64,000 nt of DNA from the human T2T-CHM13v2.0 reference genome, Homo sapiens. The DNA is taken from NCBI RefSeq assembly GCF_009914755.1, contig NC_060925.1; one strand, 5' to 3'. Under the pieces are notes generated by a model that saw only the letters and a program-made list of their open reading frames with translations, made no database searches and had not been told where the DNA came from. The position numbers and the translations under genes are program-made. Of the stretch, positions 1 through 14,067 are shown in pieces; the first letter of the stretch is position 1; every line of letters begins with the position of its first letter.

Positions 1-700
1 AAAAGTAAACAAAATGCATTTGCTACTCTCAAGATGCCCCAGGAAGACAAAGACATAAGTAAATAATTTTAGCATTATCTCAGTAGGTTACTATGGGAAT
101 GCATAGAAGAGGCATTTAACCTTTCGTCTGGGGAGGAGGTAGTCAGGGAAGGATTCCAGGGGAAGTGATGCTTGGGCAGTGGAAGATGATTAAGATTAAG
201 CTTGGGGATTGGTAAGAAGAAGCAAAAGGAAGAGGAGGCAGGAGGGAATACCCAAAAGCTTCTGCAAAAGCTTAGAATGGAAGAAAAGCACAGGTAATCT
301 GGGGAATTGCAAGTAGTTGAATATGGCGGGAGTGACACGTGTAAGATAGAGTACTAGACATAAACTAGTAATGAAGAGCATTTGAAGTCATATCAAGGAG
401 TCTGGACTTTATCCTGAGGGCCACAGGGAACCATTAAAGGGTTTTAAGTGGGGGGACTGATTAATCTGATTTGCATTTTATAAGAATCTCTCCAGTTGTA
501 GTGTGGGGAGCAGATTGGAACCAGACAAGAGACTGGCTAGATGGCCATCACAGTAATCCAGAGGAGAATGTTGAGGGCCTGGCCCAAGGGGGTAGTGAGG
601 GATGGCAAAAAATGGTGAGATACGTCAGGCTCTCTGGTGCTGACTGGATGTGCAATGCAAGGCAGAGCCACAAAGGATGACCCCTGGGTTCTGATGAGGG
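1..700 (-). mobile_element. L2 LINE fragment
   Basis: Purine-rich L2-antisense signature such as GGACTTTATCCTGAGGGCCACAGGGAACCATTAAAGGGTTTTAAG...GATTTGCATTTTATAAGAATCTCTCC; boundaries approximate. Confidence 0.75.
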
Positions 701-1129
701 CTTCCTGCCAGCTCCCTTGTATGCTGAGAGACGGAGACCTGTAACTATCAGATAAAATTCTATCTTTCCTTTTCCTCTCATTACTGTATTAATTTTAAAT
801 TTTTTGTTTAAATGAAAACAAACCAGTTCTTCAGACTGGTTAAACCCTTGGCTGTGGTATTCTTTCTAACTTTGGAAACTAATAATTGCACAAAAAGATG
901 AGAGAGACCAGGAAAAAAGTTTGAAAAGAATACTATTAATTTTTCTGAGGTGGGGAGGAAACCTATGCCATATGCAGAAAGTTTCCAATTAGGTTAATGT
1001 ACCTTAAACTGTATTAGTAATTAAGTGCTTTGGGTATTAAAATACCTAATCTAGCTTCAGGCTGTTTTTAATAAATCCTTTGACATTTTCCTAACTGAGG
1101 GGGAGAGATAGAGCAGAGGAGGCCTCGCC

Positions 1130-1310
1130 TGGGATTATAGAGCTGTTGGCTCTATTCCCTAGCTTTTAGCAGCTTACTGCGTGACCTTGGTAGAGTTGCT
1201 TTAGGTCCCTAGCCTTTAGTTGCCCTATCTGTGAAATGGCAAAAATAAGAAGATGGCAACATGACTGGTGATAAAAATAAGTCCTCCTACGCAGTGCTTA
1301 GAACTCAGTA
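1130..1310 (+). mobile_element. MIR SINE
   Basis: Core-like GTGACCTTGG...CTATCTGTGAAATGG. Confidence 0.65.
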
Positions 1311-1399
1311 AAGGAGTTGGTTTTTAGTGTTTTCTTTTTTCTTTAAATTCTACTTAGAGACATTAGCCTGCAAGTTAACAGAATACCTACTATTTCTGG

Positions 1400-1429
1400 C
1401 ACACGCACGCACACACACACACACACACA
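1400..1429. repeat. (CA)n microsatellite
   Basis: cacacgcacgcacacacacacacacacaca. Confidence 0.95.
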
Positions 1430-1469
1430 TTTATATTCACATGACTATATACATTGGCTTATTTATTTA

Positions 1470-1830
1470 TTTATTGTAACATAGGCAATCCAGGACATTC
1501 ATACAAGATGCATGGAGCTCTGGCAACTCCACCAAGTTATCAAGAACCCAAGATTCTTCTGTAGTTCCACTCTAATATCCTTATCCTTTGCTTATTGCCA
1601 GATAGCAGCTGTACCTTCAAGCATCATATACACTGAGCAGGAAGAAAGTAAGAAGGGTTGGTGCCAGCCTCATGTATCCTGTTTGTCAAAAAGAAAGCCA
1701 CTTTCCCAGAAGCAGTACCATGTCTGCATGAGTCCCTCATGGACAGAACTGCACCCCACTGGTCGAGCCAAAGAAGGCTGGCAACGGGAGTAGAAAAACA
1801 TTGTGGAACTTTTCCTGTCTCCACGGTGAA
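1470..1830 (-). mobile_element. MLT1-family (MaLR) LTR fragment, old
   Basis: Resembles antisense MLT1J/K segments (CAAGAACCCAAGATTCTTCT..., CTTTCCCAGAAGC...). Confidence 0.45.
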
Positions 1831-2151
1831 AGGGGCAAGAAAGAAAGGGGCTGGGGAGGGTGCCAAGTGAGAAAATCAACAGCAGCTGTCACACCTGCTA
1901 AACAGAGCACCATCCAGAAGTGGGAGAGTGAATCACTTTTCTAGAAGCAAAGTATTGAAGGTTACACTGGAACTGAAATTTTGGGAGGACAGCCTTCACT
2001 TGGGAGTTTGCTTGAATTTTGGTGGAATCTTTGGGTAATTATTCTGATTCAAATTTGTGAAAATTTGGACCATGCCCAAAGATGAATTAGAAGGAAATTT
2101 GATTACTTTATCTAGAAGGTGGACCTGACTTTGATTAAAAAGCCCATGTTT

Positions 2152-2536
<385 letters not shown>

Positions 2537-4015
2537 TCAGACTTAGTTATTGTGGGGTGTAAAGCAAAGATGCTAAGCCAGGAAAGAAAAATCGAATGAC
2601 ATATTTGTATGGTACCCTTGAAATAATTACTGACCCAGCATTTTGGGAAACAGGAATACAAGGTCAATACAACGGAATGTGTTCCCAATTCCCATATTGG
2701 GTGGTCCCTCAAAGGTATCTTGCTCTTCTACAGCTTCCCTGGAGAGATCTTTCCACTGCTTAAGACAAAACAGTAGGGAGTGTGCCTGTGTGTTTTCTCC
2801 ATCAAATTTGAATAAGGTCTCAATTTTCCTTTTCAGATTATCATTTAACAAGGTTTATTGTTCATGCTTATGTGCCTCAGGCAGCCTATTAGGATGCTAG
2901 GGAAAACTGCCCATTTATTATTTTTGTTTAAGCCTGAAAACAAAACATGTAAAACTGTAGTTTCTATTCTTGGAGAGGAGGAATGGCTCCCAGGTCTGAC
3001 CACCCACCCGCCTCATCCCTTAGACTCTGATCCCCACACTGGGCTGCACTGGGAAGGCTCTCAAACTCCAGGCTACCTTTCCTTTGAGCCTGGACCATTA
3101 TGTAAGCCTCTGTAGTCACTAGGACTCAAAGAAAAAAATCTGTTTTAAAAACTCGGCTTCCTTAGTAAGATTGTCACTTCCCCTTGTCTCAGATGAATTG
3201 TTTTCCCAGAGAGGGGAGTGTGTGTGTTTTCAAATGTTCCAATCTGACTCAGGATGCCAGCTAGATTCAGCAGAGAAGGGGTGGAGCATGTAACTCTCAC
3301 ACAGGAGAGTAAGGCAGGGGCACTCCGGCAGAGCTCATTGAGGAGAAGCAGACTTCTTAGCTGGTGTAAGCGAACTGGCAACTCAATTTCAAGGACACAG
3401 GAGAATCACCAGGGAGGCTCCAACTACAGAGCGAAGCCTTGTCTGTGTATTTTTGCATGCATCTGTGCCACTACTAATCTGTCTGCTTCCATTGCAATAG
3501 CCCAGTTCTTCTATTAGATTGAGTGCAACCAGGAGAAGAGAAGCAAACTCACACACTATTAGGACATATTTGTGAACAATAGAGTAAGTAAAATTAAGGT
3601 TAATAAGCTCTGAATATATTTCCACATCACACTGCTAGCACTTGCTCTAGTGACTCAAACCTATATATCTCATACTCTGAAAATCCATCAGAGAGACACC
3701 AGGATGCCCCCTCACAAAGTTCACATATCAACTATCCAAGAGATTCATCAACTCATGGCAACACTTTAGAAGCCCATAGCATCATGGTTGTCAAAATCTG
3801 TTTAAGGTGAATAGTTCTGGGTTTTATCCTTCAGTTCCTCCTAGAGATGAAGCCCCAGAAGCAAGGGTAGAGCAGAAAATCTAAAGAGATTCTAATTGCG
3901 GATAAAAAATAGCATCGAATACTCGTCACCCTGCCCCTGGTGACTTCTCAGATCAGAGTTGAGGAGGGAGGATGAACTGTGTGCATGATTCAGAGTGGTT
4001 GGGAGAGAGTGAGGG

Positions 4016-4368
<353 letters not shown>

Positions 4369-5534
4369 TGAAATGAGTTGGTACATTTAACTTTCAGTCC
4401 TACTTAAACGTCTTCATGTGGTTGTAGTAACATACCTTGATCTCCTCAGAAAACATCATGGTCTGAGGGTTTGAGCTGCAGCAATTTTGAAAATTGTCTC
4501 AGGCTTGGGAAACAGCCTCTCTGGATTTATGGTTAGTGGCAAACTGGCATCCTGCCCTGTTGTGAATTTTAAAAGAATGTTCTCTTTCTAGGATTTTTCC
4601 AATTTTCCTCAAACATGATAACGTTGTTTGGGGGATTCCTGACTCATAACCAAACCGTATGTCCTCTAATACAGTTACAACCTAAGTTAAATGAATATTT
4701 ATTGGCCTGACATATACCCACTTAAAGTTGGGAAAACTGAGGACTGATATAAAAATTTTTATTCAAGTCATTGGCCAGAGTTAAAAAGGGGAGCTCATGG
4801 TTGTATTTTACACATTTTATCATAGTTGTTCGGTCCTTCTTGAATGAGAAACACCCTTCAGGAAGATGCAATTTACTATTTATGTCTTTTTGCTGAACTA
4901 TACCTTGATCACACTGACTACTGAGTGGCCGTGGCCCCTCTCAGTTGTCTCTGCATCTTTGGGCCCCATGAGAGCTTGCTGATTTCTGATTTCGCTGCTA
5001 TCTGCATGCCTAGATGGGCTATTTACCCATTCTCTGGGGTTTGAGGCAGTAGGCGTTAGCTTTGAGGTGAAGAGTTGTGAGGATAAACTTCCTTTAGGGA
5101 AGGACATGAAAATCATATTTAGGGGCAGTTCACAGGCTCTTTTTTGGTAGTCATAGCTCCCCCTGCTGCCCAGTTAGGGGCAAGAGAGGCCAAAGGAACT
5201 GAAGTGAGACAAAGTATAACCGACTTGGGTGGAGTCAAGTCAGCTCCAGGAGCCAGCAACTGAAGACAACTCACCTTAGCTCTAGAGCCTAGGACCCTAA
5301 GCATGCCCAGGAGAAGAGATGGCAAATGTGAGAAAAGGCAATGAATGATTTAGGAAGGCAGTGTTAGGTTTTTGAGGGTGGGGGAGTACAAAAAAGGAGG
5401 ATTGACATTTTTAAATGGTATTACCAAACTGTTGGCTAAAATCAAATATACAAACAGAAGAAAATTTTGAATTCACACACAAATGTAACTAACCAGCAGG
5501 CTCTCCACTCCTCCATCATATGTCTTATCCTAGA

Positions 5535-5700
5535 ATATCTCAGCTCTGTCAGCTCTTACTGGGGGCAAGTTACGTAAACTCTGCCTCGTTTTCCTGGTCT
5601 GTAAATGGGATTTAGTATAATGATTTAAAGAAAAAAAATGTATATATTTCTCACAAAGCCATGTATTTGTATAGAAGAAGCCAACACATGTTGGCTGTTT
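5535..5700 (+). mobile_element. MIR SINE
   Basis: GGGCAAGTTAC...CTGCCTCGTTTTCCTGGTCTGTAAATGGG. Confidence 0.65.
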
Positions 5701-5730
5701 TTTTTCTCCTTGTGCTATTTTTATTTAAGC

Positions 5731-5910
5731 TATTGGTCCTCAAACATGGTTGTACACTGGAATCACATGGAGAATCTTTTAAAAATACTCATTCCTGGGT
5801 CCCATTCCGAAGGATTCTGATTTAATTGATATATGGGGTGTGGCCTGGGTATGGAGAGTTTTCAAATCTCCCAAGGAATCATAATATGTAGCAAAGTTAA
5901 AGGGCCATTG
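5731..5910. mobile_element. MER5B-like hAT-Charlie element
   Basis: GGAATCACATGGAGAATCTTTTAAAAATAC...GATTCTGATTTAATTG...GGCCTGGG matches the MER5 consensus. Confidence 0.8.
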
Positions 5911-6029
5911 CTCTAGGGCTCCTCATCATCCTTCTTCAGAGACCAGTGTTTCACAAGGGGTTGAGGTGTGCCAGGTGGAGTGAAGTGACCTTTTGCAGTG
6001 TCAGATTTGTGGAGGGACACAAGGAAACA

Positions 6030-6198
6030 CTAACTCTTTACTGAAATGTGGTCTTGGGCCCAGCAGCATCTGAATCACTGGTGAGCAATTTAATTTTAGA
6101 CTCTCAGATCCCACTCCAGACCTGCTGGATCATAGTCTTCATTTCAACAAGGTCCCTAAGTGATCTGCACACAGATTCAGGTTTGGGAAGTCCTGCTG
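6030..6198. mobile_element. MER5A1-like hAT-Charlie element
   Basis: TGTGGTC...CAGCAGCATC...CCAGACCTGCTGGATCA...TTTCAACAAGGTCCC. Confidence 0.75.
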
Positions 6199-7121
6199 TA
6201 GCTCACACGTTCTCTCTCTCTCTCTCTTTCTCTCTCTCTCCTTTCTTGCTTTGGCTTCTTTATTCACCATAGAGAATAGTGTTGAGTATTTCTGATGAGG
6301 AAATATCCTTGCAAAAAAGGCTCTGGGTCTTTATTTCTCTTCAGATTCCAATTTCCTTAATTTTTTTTTTTTTTTTTTTTTAGCTGCCAAACATAGTTTG
6401 AGTTTCTAATACCTGTCTCAACTTACAAGCACCCACTTCAAGTCTGCTGATAGATGTACACTGGGCCTCTTATGTAGCGTCTAAAAATATTCTTTCTAGG
6501 GCCGGTGCAAATGCCTTGATGGGGCCAGCTTTGGCCTATTGATGAGACAGGGTCGACGTTTGATAGAGGATCTTTGGTACATCACAGCGGTGAGACCAAA
6601 TTTAGAGAATGATTATCATTTACTAAAAGTTCAGAAAGGGAATAAAATCTTCCATCAGAACCTACTTATTAAGGTTACCTTAACAATAAACCATAAAATG
6701 AATGGAATGTTGGCCTTGTGGACCGGTTCCTAAAAAAGACAATGCCAATATTTTAAACTAAAATGTAAGGAGATGGGACAGGGCTTTGGAAAAGTGGGAG
6801 TGGGGTAGAGTGATTTAGTAAAGAGAATAAATCTCAACAGGAATTTTGTTTCTATAACATTAGCATAATTCTGTGACATTAGTACTTCTTCCTCACTCCC
6901 TCACCCATCTCATTTCAAAAAGGGAAATATTTAAACATGAGTTTTAAAAGATTCATTTTGAGATGGAAATAATACAAGAATAACTATTGCTGTCTTCACT
7001 TTTTCTCTCTTATTTTCTTTCCGGAGACACGATGTCCCATTTATGATGCTTTTATGTCTATAAACGATTTGGGGAAAGCACTGAAACCAAATCTGTAAAC
7101 GTGCAAGCCTTCTGCATTGGT

Positions 7122-7144
7122 GGGGAGGGGATAGGGTGAGGGGG
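7122..7144 (+). other. Potential G-quadruplex
   Basis: GGGG-A-GGGG-ATA-GGG-TGA-GGGGG. Confidence 0.5.
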
Positions 7145-7319
7145 AGACACAAATTGCAAAGAGCAGAATAATCAGATACAGAGGGACTTTGATCTTCTGG
7201 AGACCTAAGCTAATAGATGTTAAGTGCAGTTCAGTGGAAGTAATAACCCATGAAGAAAACAAAATCTGCAAAATGATAAAATGCTGCAGTCCACTGATCA
7301 AGGAAGACATTGGAAAATT

Positions 7320-7600
7320 ACTATGAAAGCATCCTTAGCCCAGCAGATCCAAGGTGAAAAAAGGGCTGCGTCTGCCAACCAGCAGCCAGACATTCCAGGC
7401 AGACTTAGCCGTCTCCCATTTTGTGGCCAGATTAACACTCTGTGTAACCTGAATGCCTTCTCACTGAAAAGGCATGAACTGGCACCACTGCAGCCCTGGG
7501 CTTCATCTCTCCCAGTGACGCCATAGTGAATCACTGTGAGGCTAGCTACAGACTCGGTGGGGGCATTCCAGGGGCCGTTATTACCGTTAATCAATTAGGA
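7320..7600. promoter_or_regulatory. Candidate enhancer (TEAD/SMAD/paired-homeodomain motif cluster)
   Basis: Unique sequence with CATTCCAGG twice (7391, 7564), several CAGAC/GTCTG, CCGTTA twice and TAATCAATTA (7588-7597). Confidence 0.35.
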
Positions 7601-10029
7601 AGAGTTAAGAATTTCTGAATATATGCCAAATGCAGTGCTGGTCATTTTTTTGACATCAGTAGGACATACTTGAGATAAATTTGACATCTGTCAATAAATT
7701 AGTATTTCACCAAGCAAACTACTTAGAAAAAAATTGGAAATTTACGGACATTGAAATGCACTTTAGAAATCCAGAAACTTTATAAAGGAGAACTCCTTAA
7801 TACTAGTCTATTTAAGTTATATTTTATTATGAGTATTTATTTATTGAGCAATGACTACATCACATATGTTGTATACAAGATAGGGCAGAATTAATTTAAC
7901 TGTATAGAACAAACTAAATTTGTATTATCCAAAGAAAATCTACAACTTGAAGTAATTACTTTTGTTGGAGACAGATTCTTTATTGTGAAAATAATTAAAC
8001 AAACAAACAAACACCATCAGAGAATGTGAGTTAACAGTCAGGAAACTGGGAGAAATGGAGAATGCATTTTAAAAGTCCCACCTTCCCACATTTCATGTAA
8101 TGGCTAATTAAACATATGGAATACATTATCTGAACCACAAATTAATGTGTTTGGATAGGGTAGGAGCAAACAAATGAAAATGAAGGAAAGCTATGCAATT
8201 GGAATCCAGGCATGATGTGGACAAGCTCTGCTGGGCACCAGCATTTGGTTCATGTTTGAAAAAATTACATTAGAACACTTAAAAGCAACATCTTGCTTAG
8301 AGGATTCTCCTTTTCAAGAGAAAAATTGAAGTTGGCAAAGCTCGGATAACAATATATACTAGTATTATTGATGGCCAAAAATAAGAGGAAAGGAAATTAC
8401 ACCACTGATTTATTCCAATACATTTAAACTTTCTGGACAGTTTCCACATGTTAAAAAGGACATTGGTGAGCATCTACAGGTATCTTATTAAGCATTGTGC
8501 TGCCTCTCAATATAGTTATTTACAGAAAGACTGGCCTTTAAAAATATATTTTGCCTATGGGGAAAATTGAGACTGGACCTACATGATGCCAATGGTACTT
8601 AATAGAAAATTAAAACTCCTCAATTGTTGGAAAAGATATTTTATATCATACATGTATGTATTTTCGAAACAAGTTGCTTCCTTGTCTTAGAGTCTTGTGG
8701 GTACAGGCTTGGCTCCCACTGTAGACTAACCAGGTGATGAAAATGAGAACTCCCAACTCTGAGTTACCCGTCCATTACTCAGCCTGCTAGGCCACGCTGC
8801 CTCTCCCCAGCAACTCTCCCTATCTATTATATACATATATACAATTTAGACTGAGCATGCTGGGTGGCTTAACTAATGATTGCAGACCACTTTGGAAATA
8901 GAAAATACCCTGTGTGCACAGAACTAGTAATGATTAGATAATAGACTGTCCTAAATTTTACATTTAATTCAAACAAACCTTTTCTTGATGAAAGTTTTGC
9001 TATTAAACAAAAGACTTTTTTTATACTAGAGGTTTTCACGGTATTTTCATTTGAGTTGAATTTCTGTTCTTCAGACCCATATTTCTGCCAATTTCTATCT
9101 CTTGTGCTTTCTCTGGCACAACTGAAAGAACAAAGTTAATAACAGAGAAAGGACAAGCTTTAAAAAGTGCTGCATTTATCGTCGGTTGTAATTCTGCTAT
9201 TAAATGGTCTTGGCATTTGGGAAATTCTTCTCAATCTTGCTTTTTTTCTTAGAGGTAAAAAATGGAAAACATGGAATTTATACTAAAAATAATCCTCTAT
9301 CTTCTGCGTTCTCAGTCTTTACCTCTTTGCATTCAGTGTGTGACCTCCTACCTCTATAAGATAGTGTGCAAGATGAGTACCAAGCCTTTGCTTCCCCTTA
9401 ACTTTTCTAGAAGTAACACACATGCACGTCCTCACACACACACACATACACTCACAATTTGTGTAGAATTATTTTTCACTCTGATTTCTGCCTGTGGAAC
9501 AGATTGAAGACTTTACCATCCAAAACCCACAAAGAGAAAACTCCTACTGTGGTCTTCAGAATTTCCATTCAGCTGATTTGCCTGCCAAGTCCAGTGACCA
9601 GTACCGCCGCTCCTGATGGTGGGGAGCATATGGTACTGCTGTGAATAGTTTTGCTCTCACTGCTGTGAAATCCCACGCCTTCCTACAGAATGTGTTTGGA
9701 GGAGCAAATGGTAAGTGTCGCTATTCAGCATAGCTCTGTCTCTGCCTATGGAACCCAGTCTTTTAAACAACAAAATGAAGATAACTGCAAGTCTTCACAG
9801 GCCCTGGTTTAGTGTTAGGCTTCAGGGTTAATGGTCACCTGTTAACTGTTTCTTCTTCCCAGGAGAGAGGATTATCTTTTACACATCCTGGATTTACCAG
9901 GATGCATAATGGTAAACCAACCATCCATCATTTTTGTTTGTTTGTTTCAATCCTCCTCTTCCTCTTTCTTCTCCTCCTTCTAAAAAAATCATCTTAAAGT
10001 GGGACACAATTTCTAAGTTAAATTGGGGC

Positions 10030-10175
10030 TCTGAAAAGAGCACTAGACTTGGAGTTAGGAAGTCTGGAATATCAAACACTAACTAGCCTTGTAACCTTGG
10101 GCAAATTTATTCTGTGCCTCTTCTGTGAAACAGATGGTGCAGGCCCTGAACGTCCCTTCCAGTTCCAAGATTATA
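10030..10175 (+). mobile_element. MIR3-like SINE
   Basis: AGAGCACTAGACTTGGAGTTAGGAAG...GTAACCTTGGGCAA...GTCCCTTCCAGTTCCAAGATT. Confidence 0.65.
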
Positions 10176-11420
10176 TGTGTTTGTGTAGTCCAACTCCACC
10201 CCACTCCCAACCTCATCTCCCAGAAAGTCTTTCTCTACCATTCAAAATAAATTGTTATTTTTCATTTTATAATGCAGCTTTCAAGAACTTATGGGGTGGC
10301 TTGCTTCTGGGTTTGTTCATCTCCACTGTCAAGTGGTTCTTCTGTATGTTTAGCAAAACCCTGTCCCACTGTGGTGTAAGGCTGTTTTTTTTTTTCCTCC
10401 TCTGGTTTTTGTGAAAACAGAGAACAATCCTTTGGAATTTGCTTATAGTAATAGTTTTTCTTGTTTGTACTGTTACTTAAGTTGCTCTTTTATGTTGTGG
10501 CCCTTAGATGTGTCTTCTAATATTCTTATTGTCTCTTCTCCCCTGTTTTGCCAACGCATACATGTGCTGGCTGAGAGGCTAGGGTGGGGCCATTTGGGGG
10601 CCTAAGTTTGATATAATGTGTGCCACATCGGCTGGTGTGCAACTGAAGGGAGGAGGGAGCAGGCGTTCCTCTGCTGCTGAAGAGGGCTGTGGAAACTTAA
10701 GTCATAGACATGCTTCAGTGAGAGGATGAGGATTTGCCCAGATGGGAAGCTTCAAGTGCAGAGGCACTTGTACATCTACTTATCTTGAGTCTCAATGATG
10801 CTGTTTATGAGTGAGCTATTCAAATGGAGGAAGAAACCCACGGAGAAGGAGAAATAACAGGTCGGAGTGATTATGTACAGAAGGATAGGCTCTAGCAGGA
10901 GTCCAGTGGGAAAGAAGGAAGGGAATACAATTAAGAATTATTAATGGCAGATCTCTAATGATTTCACTGGATCCAAAGGAACAGGGCAATACTGAGTAAG
11001 AAACACTTGATATACGAAAAAAGCGTGAGTGCGAAGGAAAATACATCATTCTACAGATGTTGACGGACTCTGACGGTGGGAAAGCGTCCCTCAAGATTGA
11101 ATTGGAGTAGAAGCTGACCCTCCCACTTGCCCAGAGATCCCCTAGCTGGTACGGCATCTTTTCCTGGTCTTTCTGGGAAATTCCCTTCATCTGTGTTTTA
11201 GCGGGGTGTGATAGAATAACTGTGTCCATAAGATGGGGGTGAATGCACAAAAACAGGCTTCAACTTTTAGAAAGATTTAATTTAGGGACACACAGGCACC
11301 TCTCCTCCTAAATATGCCCTTAATGGTACTGTAAAGGATGTGCAGGTATGCAGTGTACGTGCAGTTTCTATGTGTGTGTGCATGTGTTGTTGAGTGTCTA
11401 AGATTAAGAAAATAGATTTT

Positions 11421-11706
<286 letters not shown>

Positions 11707-11749
11707 TCAAGTTTAGAATTGCTAGAATGCTTAAGGCTACCCATAATAG

Positions 11750-12045
11750 GTTAATAATAATCTATTGAGAGGTTCTTCATATGTGCCCACATCATGCTGA
11801 GCTCATTACATGCATTTTCATATCTAATCCTCCCAGTAATATATGAGATATTCACAAACGTTTATACAGTGCTTATTAAAGAGCAGACAATATTCTGTTT
11901 TGTATTTATGTATATAAATTTAATTAAGTGCTATTATTATAGTTTTTTATATATAAGGAAACTGAGGCACAAAGAAATTAATAAGCCATCCATAGTTAAA
12001 GAGCTAGTGAATGACAGAGTAAGGATTCAAAATCCATGTCTGATT
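11750..12045 (-). mobile_element. MIR SINE
   Basis: ATAAGGAAACTGAGGCACAAAGAAATTAA...GAGCTAGTGAATGACAGAG. Confidence 0.75.
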
Positions 12046-12049
12046 TATC

Positions 12050-12340
12050 TCGTTGGACTGCAAGTTCCATGAAAGTAGCAATTACATATGGTTTTGCAAA
12101 CCATCATGCCCTCAATGCCTGGAACACAGTAAACACTCAAACATATTGTTTGAATGATTAAACACAGAGCCTAAAGCATTATCCTCCATGCAGTACTAAG
12201 TCTCTGAATAAGCTTTCTCCAAAATCAAGAGAAACATAACTAGATAAGCAATAGAAGTAGGGGAGACAGTCTAATTCAATCATCATTCATTCAACAACTA
12301 TTTCTTGAGCACCTGCTACGTGCCAGGCCCTGGCCTGGAT
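12050..12340. mobile_element. Two L2 3'-end fragments (+ at ~12050-12160, - at ~12273-12340)
   Basis: TGCCTGGAACACAGTAAACACTCAA...; CATTCATTCAACAACTATTTCTTGAGCACCTGCTACGTGCCAGG. Confidence 0.65.
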
Positions 12341-13059
12341 GGTGCTTTTTTTTTTTTTTTTCTCCCCGAAAAGGAAACACTAAGTGATTTGCCCCAACAC
12401 CTTCCATACCCAGCCAGGTTTGCCTCCAAATTTCTTCCACACCCTCCTCTGTCTCCCAGGGCTAATACAATGAGCCCAGCAACATGGAGAGGGCGGTTCT
12501 CGTTCCATGCAGGCAGCTCTAAGCCACGTTTTACTTGCTTTCCATTAGTCTTAAGCCTTTAGAACCCACTGGGGATAATGATTCAGTGCTGGGGAGAGCA
12601 TGAAGGCTGCATGAAGCAGATCTCAGAGGGAGGGTCTGAAAATTGGAGGCATTTTATTGTTTTCTTCTTTTTAACTCTGAAAACTTTCCAAAAGGAGAGA
12701 TCTATTTAAATGGTTTACAAAATCCATCTTAAGGTCAGTTCTAATTCAGGTGGGGCCTGGCAGCTGTATGATTTCAGAGTTGTTACATAGCTGCCAAACC
12801 TAGCTAGATGCCCACCTTGAGCAGCAGTGAGACTCCAGCTGCCTACGCAACTCCTGCAGCCTCCAAGACCAACTTGGCCTCTGTGAAATGTAGAATGTGA
12901 TCAGGGCCAAAGAGAAAAACCTGTCCTATATTTTGGTAGAAATAGATTGATGCAGGACTTCAGAACTTTATTTTTGGTAAATTTTAGAAAACAAAGACAC
13001 CCACTGTGACACATAGTAGGCATGCATATGACCTTCTATTTCTCTTCATTTCTACAATC

Positions 13060-13580
13060 AGGATACGATTTCAGCAATAGAACACTTGATCATCACAGTG
13101 CTTGGCATATAGTAAGTACTCAGTAAATGTATGATCAATGACAAAAATATGTATAAAATAATGAGGAAAATGAGGAATTGGGAGATCCAGGTTCTAGTCA
13201 CTAGATTTTTTTTATTAATTAGTAAGATAAAAATATGAAAAATCATCTCTCTGAGGCTCTGTTGTCTCATCTACAAAATAAGGACATTAGATGAGATTTT
13301 AAAAATTTCTCCTTGTTCTTAAATTTTACAATTGAAATTTTGAAGAGTCATCATTACATAGTAGAAAGAACAGAAGCTGAAGCCCAGAGTCCCCAGATAG
13401 GATTTAACTCTAGACTCAGCCACTGATCAGCCATGAAAGCTTCAACATGTTACTCAACATTGCTGAGCCTCCATTTCTTCATCTGCATAATTGAGATGTT
13501 GAAATATATTTTGTAGGCTTGCAGGAAGATAATGAGGTAAAAATTCAATGCCTGGAATACAGAAGGCTTTAAATACATGA
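13060..13580 (+). mobile_element. L2 tail followed by MIR3 and MIR fragments
   Basis: CACAGTGCTTGGCATATAGTAAG; CTCTCTGAGGCTCTGTTGTCTCATCTACAAAAT; GAGCCTCCATTTCTTCATCTG. Confidence 0.65.
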
Positions 13581-13625
13581 TAATTAAAAAATAAAAACCC
13601 ACTGAATTTAGACTCCATTCTTCTT

Positions 13626-14067
13626 TGTAGTAAATGCCACAGCCATTTAGGGTAGATTACCCTAAGAGCCCCTCTTCTTCCCCACTCCCCGCATTTATGC
13701 TGTTTGCCCTGTAACTCTGCAGTGCCCCATCCAGCCTGACTCTGGCTTTGGCTAAATGATGTACTTTGGTCAGTACAGTGTCAGCAAATGTGATGCAAGC
13801 AGATGTTTGAAAAATGACTGGGTGATTGGACTCAATCTTTGGTGACTCTGCCATCACTAAAAGAAGGATATGTCTAACTAATCCAAAAGTCCCAAGAAGA
13901 GGACAAGAGACACATGGGATAGAGCCAACACTAGCCATGATCAGTCTAGGCCAGCCAAATCCCAGTTAAGTCAACCCTCAAAAGCAAAATAGATGAATTG
14001 TTTTAAGCCACTGAATTTTGGAGCAAATTGTTATGCAGCAGCTTTATGGCAATAGCTAACTGATACA
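13626..14067 (+). mobile_element. MLT1H/I-like MaLR solo LTR
   Basis: 3' end TTGTTTTAAGCCACTGAATTTTGG...TTGTTATGCAGCA...AATAGCTAACTGATACA. Confidence 0.8.
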
